Assembly (NCBI RefSeq): GCF_009914755.1
Contig: NC_060929.1
Direction: 5' to 3' (one strand)
Length of the DNA: 64,000 bases
Source: the human T2T-CHM13v2.0 reference genome, Homo sapiens
The position numbers and the translations under genes were made by a program. Positions 27,783-43,888 of the stretch are shown one piece after another. The notes beneath the pieces are model-generated. The model made no database searches and was not told the origin of the DNA. It was given only the letters and a program-made list of their open reading frames with translations. Within the stretch, counting starts at the first letter, position 1; every line of letters starts with the position of its first letter.

Positions 27783-28363
27783 GCAAAAACTTTCTTAGTT
27801 CTATGTGATTTTTAAAATGTTATGCCAATAATTGAAATTGTCCTTCCCTTAAAACCTTTGTATTATAATCTTATTCAGAATTTTATATGGACAGTATTTT
27901 TTCTTTCACCTCTTTTCATTGAAAAATCTCAAACCTCCAAAAAGTTATAAAATAGATCAACACTTATATATCCTTCACTTCATTAGTAAGTTTCATCACT
28001 TACTAATATTTTACCACATTTGCTTTCTTTTTATCTATCCACATATACAGATTGTTATTGTAAAACTATTTGAGTTTTAGTTGCAGACATCATGATACTC
28101 TCCAGAATATTAGACCTCTCCTTCTTAAGAGATGTATGCTCCATTTCCTACATTATCATAACCGTGATTAGACTCAGGAAGCTTAACACTGATACAATAC
28201 TATTATCTAATATCAAGTCAGTATTCAGATTTCCTTAGTTGCCCCATATAGCTAGCCTCCCACCCCACTGGAATATGTTTGGCTCTCATGTCCCTGCTTT
28301 GTTATTTTTAATGCCCAGTTTTTTTCTCCTTCCTTTTATATCTTTCACAGCAGTCGGTGATTG

Positions 28364-28679
<316 letters not shown>

Positions 28680-29363
28680 TGAAATACTATTTTTATAGCA
28701 TTAATTTTAATTTAGAACATTGTATATTCTAATGACAGCCAAGATTGGAATATAAATATTTTATGGCTTTTAAATGTAACTGGGTACTTTGGTTTTATTA
28801 CCCTATTTGTAATTTATAGTGTATATTTCTTTTCTGCAATTTCTAGGAAAGTATCCTCCCTCTTTAAAACTAAAACTACCTCATTTTCCTTACCAGTAGA
28901 TTGTGTTGTCATATGCTTATTTTTAGTTGAGTATGAATGAGTTAGATACTTTGTAATCTGTTTTTACTTATTAATTGGCCTGCTTTTATGAGCTAACTGG
29001 AGTGATCTTTGAGATAGAACACTTAGCAATATTGAGTACATGTTCCAGAAATAATATTATAATCAAATTTTGAAAATAAGGTATTACATGATAAATATGT
29101 TAAAATAAGGTAACACATCTCTTAATATTTATTCACTTATATCTTACTGAGATATTTGTGCAAATATTTAACTTCTTATTTTTCTGCATTCCCCACTAAC
29201 ACTTCACCACAGGAGAGGGGAGCAAATTCTGTAGTTGTTTGGCTACCCTTTTAGAGTATTTTACTAGCAGAATGAAGAAACTCACCCTTTCTGGGAACAT
29301 TTTAAATTTTAATCCAGATATTCAAGTAGATAGTAGTGAAGCTATGAAGGTCTAGTGTTATTT

Positions 29364-29380
29364 CATCCCCAAGGATATTC

Positions 29381-29382
<2 letters not shown>
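29364..29382 (+). repeat. Target-site duplication, left copy, CATCCCCAAGGATATTCTT
   Basis: Identical 19-mer at 32279..32297. Confidence 0.95.
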
Positions 29383-30152
<770 letters not shown>

Positions 30153-30205
30153 TTATATCCCTAGAACGATACATAAGAATTGATCATCTTTCCTTATGGG
30201 AGGAC

Positions 30206-32278
30206 TTTTTTTTGTTGTTGTTGTTGTTTTCTTTTTAATTTTATTTTTTTTTTAATTGATCATTCTTGGGTGTTTCTCACAGAGGGGGATTTGGCAGGGT
30301 CATAGGACACTAGTGGAGGGAAGGTCAGCAGACAAACAAGTGAACAAAGGTCTCTGGTTTTCCTAGGCAGAGTGTTTGTGTCCCTGGGTACTTGAGATTA
30401 GGGAGTGGTGATGACTCTTAACGCGCATGCTGCCTTCAAGCATCTGTTTAACAAAGCACATCTTGCACCGCCCTTAATCCATTTAACCCTGAGTGGACAC
30501 AGCACATATTTCAGAGAGCACAGGGTTGGGGGTAAGGTCATAGATCAACAAGATCCCAAGGCAGAAGAATTTTTCTTAGTACAGAACAAAATGAAAAGTC
30601 TCCCATGTCTACTTCTTTCTACACAGACACGGCAACCATCTGATTTCTCAATCTTTTCCCCACCTTGCCCCCTTTTCTATTCCAGAAAACCGCCATCGTC
30701 ATCATGGCCCATTCTCAATGAGCTGTTGGGTACACCTCCCAGACGGGGTGGTGGCCGGGCAGAGGGGCTCCTCACTTCCCAGTAGGGGCGGCCGGGCAGA
30801 GGCGCCCCTCAGCTCCCGGACCGGGTGGCTGGCCAGGCGGGGCGCTGACCCCCCCATCTCCCTCCCAGACGGGGCGGGTGGCCGGGCGGGGGGCTGACCC
30901 CCCCACCTCCCTCCCGGACGGGGCGGCTGGCTGGGCGTGGGGCTGACCCCCCCACCTCCCTCCCAGACGGGGCGGCTGGCTGGGCGGGGGGCTGAGCCCC
31001 CCACCTCCCTCCCGGACGGGGCGGCTGGCCGGGAGGGGGCGCTGACCCCCCCCCCACCTCCCTCCCGGACGGAGCGGCTGGCTGGGCAGAGGGGCTCCTC
31101 ACTTCCCAGTAGGGGCGGCCGGGCAGAGGCGCCCCTCACCTCCCGGACGGGGCGGCTGGCCGGGCGGGGGGCTGAGCCCCCCACCTCCCTCCCGGACGGG
31201 GCGGCTGGCTGGGCAGACGGGCTCCTGGCTGGGCAGAGGGACTCCTCACTTCCCAGTAGGGGCGGCCGGGCAGAGGCGCCCCTCACCTCCCGGACAGGGC
31301 GGTTGGCCGGGCGGGGGGCTGAGCCCCCCACCCCCGGACGGGGCGGCTGGCCGGGTGGGGGGCTGACCCCCACCTCCCTCCCGGACGGGGTGGCTGCCAG
31401 GCGGAGACGCTCCTCACTTCCCAGACGGGGTGGCAGCCAGGCGGAGGGGCTCCTCACTTCTCAGACGGGGCGGTTGCCAGGAGGAGGGTCTCCTCACTTC
31501 TCAGACGGGGCGGCCGGGCAGAGACGCTCCTCACCTCCCAGACGGGGTCGCGGCCGGGCCGAGGCGCTCCTCACATCCCAGACGGGGCGGCGGGGCAGAG
31601 GCGCTCCCCACATCTCAGACGATGGGCTGCCGGGCAGAGACGCTCCTCACTTCCTAGATGGGATGGGGGCCGGGACGAGGCGCTCCTCACTTCCCAGGTG
31701 GGATGGCGGCCGGGCAGAGACGCTCCTCACTTTCCAGACTGGGCAGCCAGGCAGAGGGGCTCCTCACATCCCAGACGATGGGCAGCCAGGCAGAGACGCT
31801 CCTCACTTCCCAGACGGGGTGGCGGCCGGGCAGGGGCTGCAATCTCTGCACTTTGGGGGGCCAAGGCAGGCGGCTGGGAGGTGGAGGCCATAGCGAGCCG
31901 AGATCATGCCACTGCACTCCAGCCTGGGCACCATTGAGCACTGAGTGAATGAGACTCCGTCTGCAATCCTGGCACCTCGGGAGGCCGAGGCTGGCGGAAC
32001 ACTCGCGGCTAGGAGCTGGAGACCAGTCTGGCCAACACAGCGAAACCCCGTCCCCACCAAAAAAACACGAAAACCAGTCAGGCGTGGCGGCGCACGCCTG
32101 CAATCGCAGGCACTTGGCAGGCTGAGGCAGGAGAATCAGGCAGGGAGGCTGCAGAGAGCCGAGATGGCAGCAGTACAGTCCAGCTTTGGCCCGGCATGAG
32201 AGGGAGACCGTGGAAAGGAGAGGGAGAGGGAGACGGGAGAGGGAGAGGGAGAGGGAGAGGGAGAGGGAGACGGGAGGA
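30206..32278 (-). mobile_element. Full-length SVA retrotransposon: (CCCTCT)n ~32215..32278, Alu-like domain ~31850..32210, GC-rich VNTR ~30740..31830, SINE-R ~30254..30730, A-rich tail 30206..30253
   Basis: All canonical SVA domains in order on the minus strand. Confidence 0.97.
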
Positions 32279-32297
32279 CATCCCCAAGGATATTCTT
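32279..32297 (+). repeat. Target-site duplication, right copy, CATCCCCAAGGATATTCTT
   Basis: Identical to 29364..29382; TTCTT/AG resembles the L1 endonuclease TTTT/AA site. Confidence 0.95.
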
Positions 32298-33018
32298 AGA
32301 GCAATTTCAAATACTGTAATACTCAGCTTATAGCAATCTCAAATACTGGAGCTGAAACGCTGTCCAGCATCATTGTAGATCCATTTTATTTTTCAAGAAA
32401 CTACTGTCAGACTGAGCTGTGCTCCAGGGTAAAATGTAAAATCTGATTAACTTAATCCATAGTGAGCTTAGCAATTTTATCCTTTGAAAATGTTTTTTTT
32501 CTCTTGTGTTTCCACCATACCTTGTATACACCTTCATCATTGCACTTCCCCTTTTTCATTGTAAGGGTTTGTCTGGCTGTCTGTGTATCCTTTTCTGTCC
32601 AGTGCCTTGTGTTCAGGGCCTGAAACTTGGAAGATATTTGTAGAATGAATGAATAGATGCTGACTTTTTAAAAAATAATAGTATAATTTCCAATTTGGTA
32701 AGCTGTTTTGTTAAAAAAGAAGCAGGTTATAACAGCATTTTCTGTTAACCTCTAAAGTGTTTTTTTATATTCATAAATTTTATTTCATTCAGTACACTTG
32801 ATATTTGTTTAAAATTATTTAAAAATATTTACTATAGAGCCCTGGGCTTTTATGTAATGTCTAATTTTATTTCTTAAGGGTATAAGCTTAATACATTACA
32901 TCTAATAAATATTAAATATGTGCTGTCTGGGACTTAATAGTGCTCTCATTGTTTTTCAAAGTAAATTGCCTTCTTTACCAATAAAATTTTGTTGTTTCCT
33001 CTACTTATATTGTAATAG

Positions 33019-33132
33019 ATACGACCATATGTGGGATGTTTGGTACAATATTTGCCCCTCCTTTGGAAGCAGAGTGAAGAACACAATATGTTGAGATGTG
33101 CTATTTTGACAACACTTATTCATCTTGTTCAG
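33019..33132 (+). CDS. IPO11: IPO11 coding exon (IRPYVGCLVQYLPLLW...IHLVQ), 114 nt
   Basis: aatAG acceptor, CAG|GTAAGT donor; phase 0 to 0. Confidence 0.95.
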
Positions 33133-33882
33133 GTAAGTCACTTCTCCACAGAGTTTTTTTAGTTTAGTGGTTTTTAAAAAATTCTTTTAACCATTTAAAA
33201 ATTGTTTTTATGTGATTTATGTTAATGGTAGTGAAAAACTTCACATATCTTTTATTTTTTTTTCCATGTGTGATCTAAACCGATTTAAAAACAACTTTTG
33301 CATGCTTATTTTGGACATTTTTTTGAGGATGTAAAAAATATTATTCACTTTTAAATGTTGTCTCCAGTGATGATAGACTCATGGTTCATGCAGTCCATGG
33401 CACCATGCATGCAGTTTCCTTGGTGGTCGGGGCTTTTCTGCTTAAACATACTTAATGTTTTCACTCTTTTTCCTTGATTTAAAATAAAAAAATTCCCTAT
33501 TATAACTTGGTAAGGCAGGAAACCAGGTGAGTTGCTTTTGAGGGGAGACAAGTGAATTGGATCTCAGACATTTTGACGTTTGAGGTGTTGGGATGTGGTA
33601 GCAGGTAGAGAGGAACCTGAAACTTAGAGCTGGACTATAGTTCTTATTTGAACTGTTACAGTGAATCATAGTCTGGTGAGAGTATGGTTAGGGAAGAGCT
33701 CAAGGCCGTGAGTTAGAATATATGTGTGGAGATGCTCAAGTGATTTTACTGACTTCACCCACAAGTTTGAGAAATTTTCCAGTGGGGAAGAAATCAGAAG
33801 TATCCCTAAATTCAGAAGTACTGCTCTAAAGCTTTCTAAAATTAGTTTAGAAAAAACCAGAAACTTTTCTCAGAAGCTTTGA

Positions 33883-34288
<406 letters not shown>

Positions 34289-34547
34289 TAGTAATGCAAA
34301 ATATTTTTAATGTACATTTCCCTGCTTTCTTTTTTTTACTGTGGTAAAATACACATAACAAAATTTACCGTTTTAACCAATTTTAAGTGTACAGTGTAGT
34401 GTATGAATATATTAAATACATTCATAATGTTCAACTGTCACTACCATCCATCTCTGTAACTCTTTTTATCTTGTAAAACTGAAGCTATATCATTAAACAA
34501 AAACTCCACAGCTCCATCACTAAAGCACTTAAAAAAAAAAAAAGTGA

Positions 34548-34848
34548 GGCTGGGCGTGGTGGCTCAAGCCTGTAATCCCAGCACTTTGGGAGGCCGAGGC
34601 GGGTGGATCACAAGGTCAGGAGATCAAGACCATCCTGGCTAACACGGTGAAACCCTGTCTCTACTAAAAATACAAAAAATTAGCCAGGCGTGGTGGCGGG
34701 TGCCTGTAGTCCCAGCTGCTCAGGAGGCTGAGGCAGGAGAATGGCATGAACCCAGGAGGCAGAACTTGCAGTAAGCCGAGATCGCGCCACTGCACTCTAG
34801 CCTGGGCGACAGAGCAAGACTCCGTCTCAAAAAAAAGAAAAAAAAATA
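34548..34848 (+). mobile_element. Alu (Y-like)
   Basis: ACCATCCTGGCTAACACGGTG motif; A-tail. Confidence 0.9.
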
Positions 34849-34979
34849 AGTGGCCCAGAATCTCTTCCTGTCTACCTTTTAATGCTTATGATTACCTTAT
34901 AAAGATTATGTCCGTTTTATAGAAGAGGATAAAGACTAAGAGAAGGTTACTATCTTGTGAATGCATTTATAAGTAATAG

Positions 34980-35370
<391 letters not shown>

Positions 35371-35651
35371 TGAGAGACATGTAACTAAACACCAACTTTC
35401 AAGTCTCCTCAGGCAGTGTTACTTCAAGTAGTCTCAGGAGGTCAGAGTAACTCTTGTGGAATGTTAGGCCTTTTTTCTTTAATCATGACATTTAAGTACC
35501 CTGTGTATTTGTACCGGCCAAGAGTGCAAGGTTCAAACAAGTAGTATTCTACCTTTCTTGGAGAAAGCATATAACATAATACCAAAATTGAGACTGTAGC
35601 TTAAAATATATTTTTCAGCCGTTTGGGAAGATTATACTAAAGTTTATTGGT

Positions 35652-36405
<754 letters not shown>

Positions 36406-37287
36406 TCACTGGGTGAAAATAAACTTTCTAGTCTGCATAGTTGAACTTAGAGGAAGTAGGTATTCGTTCATACGCTAAACATTTATTGAGAACCTGCAAT
36501 GTGCAATACAGGGTAATAGGCACTGGGCTACAGAATACAAATGAATAGAATGGGATCTTTGTGTAGGTGACTGTCTAGGGAAATACTGAATAAGTGTGTT
36601 AATTGCCCTTTTAGCAATTAAGAACATATTGCTATTGGGGGTACATGGCCAATTCCCTGTGTCACATGGAGGGTGAGGCGGGGCACATTAGGGAAGGCCT
36701 CCTGACAGAGGTGTTACTCAAATTTTGGTGTTGTTAAATAGTGTTGTTAAATAAAACAAGAAGTGTTATTTAGATGGTGGTTTAGCAATGAGAGTGGTAA
36801 AGGTGTTTTAGGCATATGAACTGACATGTGTAAAACTACCTAAGCATTAGAGAATGCAGTACATTTTATTTTTTTTTAAGGTTTATATATTGATCAGTTT
36901 TAATGTTGACAGATAAAGGAGTTAGTTCTTAAAGATTTTTCAAATGAAAAGTATCAGTACCCTGCTCCTCCTCCTCATTTCCTTTTTGGTGGAAGAATCC
37001 ACTGTCAACTCTTACAGCCATATCATAGGTTTCTCAGTCTTTCTCACTCTAACATATTGTTTATTACTGATTTAAGCATTGTAGGCATTACTTCTTGACT
37101 TCCCTGCATAGAAGATGAAAATGTAATTCTTTTATACCCCTGTGTCCTTCCTATTCCACTATCCTCCCAGTATACTTGATTGTATAAAGACGGTTGAAGG
37201 CCTATATCATTATGTCATGATTAATTTTATTTCTTATACATAGTGTTTCCAACCTCCACCCTTGTATTAATAATTTTATTTGCCTAG

Positions 37288-37905
37288 TATACTGAGAAAG
37301 TACCATAAACTTGGTGGCTTAAAACAATATGCATTTATTAGCTCATAGTTCTGTAAGTCAGAAACCTGGGCATGCCATGTCTGAATTCTCTGATCAGAGT
37401 TTAATGGACTGAAATTGAGGTGACTGCCAGAATAAATTCTTCGCTGGAGGCTTTGGGGAAGAATCTGTTTCCGTACTCATTCAGCTTGTTGGCAGAGTTT
37501 AGTTCATTGATTTGTAGGACTAAGGTCCCAGTTTACTTGCTAGCTGTCATCTAGGGTCCCCTCTTGTTCCCAAGTCCAGCCACATTCTTTGACACATAGC
37601 CCCTTTCATGTTCAAAGTCAGCAGTGGGGAAATTCTCAAATGTCAGATCCCCCGAGGGTTTTAATCTGTGACCTCCCCTTATGCCACTAGCTAGAAAATA
37701 CTCTCTTTTAAAGGGCTCTTGTGAGTAGGTCAGGCCCACCTGGATAATCTTCCTATCTAAGGTCAGTTGATGTGGGACTTTAATTACATCTGTAAATTAT
37801 TTCTTCGCAGTAGTACCTAGATTAGTGGTTGAATAACTAGGGAATGGTGTGTGTACAGTAGTGTCCAAGAACCTAAGTGATCATCTTAGATTTCTGCTTA
37901 GTACA
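37288..37905. mobile_element. MLT1-family MaLR LTR
   Basis: taccataaacttggtggcttaaaacaa...ctcatagttctg...ggggaagaatctgtttcc motifs. Confidence 0.75.
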
Positions 37906-38005
37906 CTTAGTTGTCTATGCAGTTGAACCTATTCTTTTCACTTGTTATCTACACATTTCCTCAGTGATGTTTTGTTACTTTCATCATCTTGAAGAGATAC
38001 GACAG

Positions 38006-38694
38006 ATTTTTTTTTTTTTAACACTTTAAGTTCTAGGATACATGTGCACAACGTGCAGGTTTGTTACATATGTATACGTGTGCCATGTTGGTGTGCTGCA
38101 CCCATTAACTCGTCATTTACATTAGGTATATCTCCTAATGTTATCCCTCCCCACTCCCCTGACCCCATGACAGGTCCTGGTGTGTGATGTTCCCCACCCT
38201 GTGTCCAAGTGTTCTCATTGTTCAGTTCCCACCTGTGAGTGAGAACGTGCTGTGTTTGGTTTTCTGTCCTTGCGATAGTTTGTTCAGAATGATGGTTTCC
38301 AGCTTCATCCATGTCCCTACAAAGGATGGCTGCGTAGTATTACATAGTGTATATGTGCCATGTTTTCTTAATCCAGTCTATCATTGATGGACATTTGGGT
38401 TGGTTCCAAGTCTTTGCTACTGTGAATAGAGCCACAATAAACATACATGTGCATGTGTCTTTATAGCAGCATGATTTATAATCCTTTGGGTGTATACCCA
38501 GTAATGGGATGGCTGGGCCAAATGGTATTTCTAGTTCTAGATCCTTGAGGAATTGCCACACTGTCTTCCACAATGGTTGAACTAGTTTACAGTCCCACCA
38601 ACAGTGTGAAAGTGTTCCTATTTCTCCACATCCTCTCCAGCACCTGTTACTTCTTGACTTTTTAATGATCTCCATTCTAACTGGTGTGAGATGG
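38006..38694 (-). mobile_element. 5'-truncated L1PA 3' end with 15-bp TSD GAGATA(C/T)GACAGATT
   Basis: T-tract plus L1 3' UTR and ORF2 C-terminus; TSD at 37994..38008 and 38695..38709. Confidence 0.93.
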
Positions 38695-39859
38695 GAGATA
38701 TGACAGATTCTTATGTGCTCTAGTTTGGACTGGTTTTACTTAGGCTTTTGCACAGCTGTTGTAACTGGATTTTCTTTCACTGCCTATCCTTTCTGTGGGA
38801 TGTCTGTTTTCTGCGCATCATGTCATATCTTTTCTTGTTTTACATTCTTTTTCTGATGGCAGCCATGAATGGCAGTAGCATTTTGCAAAAATACATAGGA
38901 GGTAAATTTTTTGTTTTGAGATATTGCATGTGCGAAAATGTCTTCATTCTAGTTTCAAATTGATTAGTAGTTTGGCTGGTATAAAAGTCTAGGTTTCCCC
39001 CTCAAAATTTTGGAGACTTTTTTTTTCTTTGTCTTAAGACTTCCAAAATTGCTCTGGGGACCCTGGAGCCATTCTAATTCTTGATTCTTGAATGTATTAC
39101 CCCTCCTTCCCTTTTCTGGCAACTTGTGTGATCATCTCTGTGTTCCTGTTTTCAGTTTCATGATGGGAGTGCCTTTTCATCTCACTGTTCTGGACACTTG
39201 GTGGACATTTCAGGCTGGAAACTCATGTTCTTGAATGCTAGATGACTCCATTGTATTTTATTTCTTCCTCTTCGTATTTTTCTTTTCTTACTTTCTGAAG
39301 TTTTTGTTACTTACATGATAGATATTCTGAACCAGTCGTCTGATTTTCTTTGTTTCCTTCCTGCTTTTTTTTTTCCTCTTTCTCCTTCTGTTCTACTTTC
39401 TAGGGAATTTTCTCAGTTTTATCTTTCAGCCTTTTTATTGAGTTTTTCTTTTCTGGTGACATGTTTTAATGCCTATGGGTTCTTTTGTGTTTTCCTGAAT
39501 AATTCTTTTGTACAACATTTTGTTTTTGTTTTATGAATGCAGTGTTTTCTTTAATGCAGTGTTTTAATTACCAAAGATATTAATGATATATTTTTCCAAG
39601 CTTTCATCTCTGCCTGGTCTCTGTTTCTTTTAGGGTGCTGTTTTCTATTTAGTTAGTTGTTTTGTTTTCTGTTTTTCATAGCAAACATTTTAATCATATC
39701 TGTTGATCCTCGGTTGCCTTCTCTTATTTACTTATTTACGTTCTATTATGAAAAATTTAAAGCATACACAAAAAAGGAAGAAGAGTGTGATGAATCCTGA
39801 AGCATCACCCAACTTCAAGATCAGCATTTTGTCTGTATAAATTTAGGAGCGGACACTAA

Positions 39860-40216
<357 letters not shown>

Positions 40217-41588
40217 TAATTGTGTGTTTTTCTTTTAGGATGGTCTGGTTGGGTTTTGTAGGAGAATGTTTTCGGGTTAATTTTTTAAGGTCTTTCCTCA
40301 GTGAAGGACCCCTCAGTCTCCTACCTGTTACATGCTGATGTAATCTTCCTGTTTTATGTCATATCCCTGTTCTTGATTACCTGGTATCTCCCTGTCTTGA
40401 AACCATCTGTTTTGTCTTAGCAGAAAATAAATAGCTGGTTTTATTCTGGTTCAGAGGAGGGCCAGTTATTTGTCTCCTTATGTATCTGGATGAGATCTTG
40501 GCATCAAACTGCTTTCTAAACATTTTCTAGAAGTCCTCTTATTATTAATACTTCCTTTTCACTGTCCTCCAATCCTCTGTCCCCTAAATGCAGGCATGCA
40601 TATGCGCACACAGTTGTGCACACACACACACCTCTCAAAATACCTGGTGCCATTAGTTCCTCAGTCTTTTTTCTGTAGTGTAAATCAGGTAGTTTGTCTT
40701 TTCCTGCTCCCCTGCTGGATTTTAGTTTTGGTTTCTTAGTTGGCTAAATCAGTTAGCACTTGTCTTTCTTCCCAGCTTCCAAAGTGAATTACTTTTATCT
40801 CTTCTTATTCTGTCTTTGTATTTCTGTTTTTAGTTCTTTTTTTTTAAATCCTCCTGTATCCTTTTAGTTGGCTTTGGGAAAGAACAGTAGTAAATGCATG
40901 TATTGAAACTGTTCCTCTGTTAGCTTTCTCCAGATGTTAACATAGTGATTTCTAACACTGTGCATTATTTGGTATAGCAGGAACATAGAGTACAGAGCTT
41001 GTATAGGGGGAACTGGTCAGGAAGGCTAAGCGAACATCTCTTGAAGGTCAGAGGAAGAAACGTTACGATTTTTATTTTAGAAAAGTAGTCAGTGCACCAC
41101 TGAGGACACTAGTTTGGAAGTGGGTAAAACTAAGGTCAAATAGACTAGGAGACTGTTAATCAGAAAAAAGATGATGAGAACCTGAATTATGGAGAGAAGG
41201 GGAAAGATTTGAAAAATATTTAGGAGATATTTCTTCTTCTTTGAAGAAGAACCAGGAGGTAGCCATGATATAATTTATCGCTAGGTAGATAGTGATTCAT
41301 GTCACTTGAGTTAGGAAATACAGGAAGAAGAACTGTGTTTTAGGAAGACAATGAGTTGGTTCAGTATTAGAAGTTGAGATAACCTTCTGGCTGATAATGT
41401 GCTGTAGTTAGTTGATTGTTTGGAATTCAGAGAGTTGTTGTAGATATGATAGATTTGTATATCATCAGTGTGTTCATGGGACATGAGAAGACAGCCAAGG
41501 ATACTACCCTGAGAATGGTATTTGGAGGATGCTATTTTTTTTTAAACTTTTCTTCTGTGGAAAAAATTATAGATTCACAGGACGTTTG

Positions 41589-41980
41589 AAAGATTGTATA
41601 GAGAAATCCCATGTGTCCTTCACCCAATTTCTCCTTACATGTTATGTAATTATAGTAGAATATTAATTCTCCCCTCTTTAATTATTCCTGGTAGTTTTCT
41701 TATTTTAATAACCGATGAATTCATTTTTGAACTTTCAGAGTATTGTAGGCAATGTCTTGTAGTTACTGTGGGCCCAAAGGGTGCTTACATTTACTTAAAG
41801 CTGCATATCAGGGATTGGACACATTCTTTAGCCACTAGAATTATAAGGTATTGAATCTCTTCAAGCATTGATTAAGACAGTGTGTTATATAGTATAGTAG
41901 AATTAGTATTCTACTATAATTACATAAGATGTAAGGAGAAATTGGGTGAAGGATACGTGGGATTTCTCTATACAATCTTT
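41589..41980. repeat. Inverted repeat with 82-bp arms (41589..41670 / 41899..41980), 78/82 identical, 228-bp spacer
   Basis: Manual reverse-complement alignment. Confidence 0.93.
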
Positions 41981-42986
41981 GAAAGCAGTGTGTTTAGCGA
42001 TTGCTTACGTTAGTTTTGCTAATGCTAGCATATTTTGAATACACATTTAAGTAAGTAGATAAATTTTCCAAGGAAATTTTAAGTCTACTGATAATCAAAA
42101 TGAACTTGACTGTTTTTTTCTTAATATTCTTTCTTTTTTGTTTCATGAAAGATTGAGCTATGGAGAGTGAAATTGAAGTGAGTTTTAAGGCCCAATATGT
42201 ACTACTCTGTTAAATAATGGCATTTTCATAATTCTCTTCCTTTGGAAAACTCCTTAATAAAGCCTTCCAAGTGGTTTTTCATTATTAAAAGGGACAAAAT
42301 TATATTTAACATAAGTTCTGGAGATTTAATATACAGTGCAGTGACTGTAGTTAAAAAATAATGTATTGTACACTGGAGAATTGCAGATAAAATCCCAACA
42401 ATTGAACTTAGTAGTATGTGTCATCAAAAGGGGAATACATATATACTGTGTGGCATTGTAATTTGCTTTGAATTATATTGACATTTGAATTACTTCTTAG
42501 GTGAGGAGGTATTTTGTAATTTATTTGGTTTCCTTTTTGTGTTCATGAAATTATAGATATTATTATGTTTTACAGATTGACTTTTTACCCGTTTTGTTTT
42601 CTTCCAAAATACCTACTGTGTAATACATTGAATCAACCTCCCTAACAGTAATTCAGCAAACTAGAATTTTAGATCGAAACTTCTCTTCTTCTTCCATCTT
42701 TGTGTTCTTGATTCATTAAAAATGTTATCAAAAATTCTTAAATATGTTGAAAAGATAACAAAAACACCTTTGCCCTCATCCCAACATCATCCTTTTTCCT
42801 TTCCTGTATCTAAGAAGCATTAACAGTTTTTTCTGTTTGCTTCCAGAAACATTTTTGTGTATATCATATACAGATATCTAGATATTTAAAAAAATTCTTT
42901 GACATGTGGAATTGTTATACACACTTCTGCACCTTTTAAAAAGAATTTGTTTGAAAATTTAAAATTCTGTGTCAAATCCTCCCATC

Positions 42987-43315
42987 CTTTTTTTTTTTTT
43001 GTGTGTGTGTGTGTGTGAGGTGAGGAGGTCGACAGATTCTTGCTTTATCATGTAGGTTGGAGTGCAGTGGTGGGATCATAGCTCACTGACTGCAGCCTTG
43101 AATTCTAGGGCTCCAGCGATCCTCCTGCCTCAGTCTCCTGAGTAGCTGGGACTCTAAGCAGGCACCACCATGCTTGGCTAACTTTTAAATGTTTTTCAAG
43201 AACAGAGTCTTGCCATGTTGCCCAGGCTGGTCACCAACTCCTGGCCCCAAGCAGTCCTCCCGCCTTGGCCTCCCAATGAGTTGGGATGATAGGCATGAGC
43301 CATGGCATTCAGCCC
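42987..43315 (-). mobile_element. Alu (J-like) with a T/(GT)n tail
   Basis: Antisense Alu. Confidence 0.85.
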
Positions 43316-43772
43316 CTAAAATCTTTTTTAATGGCTTTTCAATATTCTTGAATCTGTTCCATAATTCGGTTACTTTACTGATGAACATTTAGGGTGGGTT
43401 CATTTTAGATTAATTATTTAGGTGAAAGCATCTATAGAATTTAAAATACCAAAGTTAGTATGTCATCTGTAGAGACAGGGAGAGGAAAATAGATATTTCT
43501 TATATGTGCAGTCTATTAAAATGAACAGATGTATGTAGCCTTGACATATATATTTTTTAAACTGCCAATAGGCAATTGAATAGTATTTTTTAATTTTTCC
43601 TTTCCAATTATAAACAGAACTTTGTTTTGCTATTACTTGTAATTAGGACCTTCCTAAAAATATGATTCATTTTTTTAATTGGTTTTAGGGCTTTTTGTAT
43701 GATAGGTAATTTTTTGGTGCGGGATGGGACATTAGAGTGTCTTATTATAAGTTTTATTTATACTTCCCATAG

Positions 43773-43888
43773 GGATTAGGAGCAGACAGCAAGAACCTGT
43801 ACCCTTTCCTGCTCCCAGTTATTCAACTGAGTACAGATGTTTCACAGCCTCCACATGTTTATCTTCTGGAAGATGGTTTAGAATTATG
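43773..43888 (+). CDS. IPO11: IPO11 coding exon (GLGADSKNLYPFLLP...EDGLELW), 116 nt
   Basis: cttcccatAG acceptor, TG|GTAAGA donor; phase 0 to 2. Confidence 0.95.

Noticed and set aside
30702-32287. Long ORFs of 251 aa and 318 aa and other overlapping ORFs
   Set aside because: Translations of the GC-rich SVA VNTR and Alu-like domains, which are stop-poor and repetitive; not genes.
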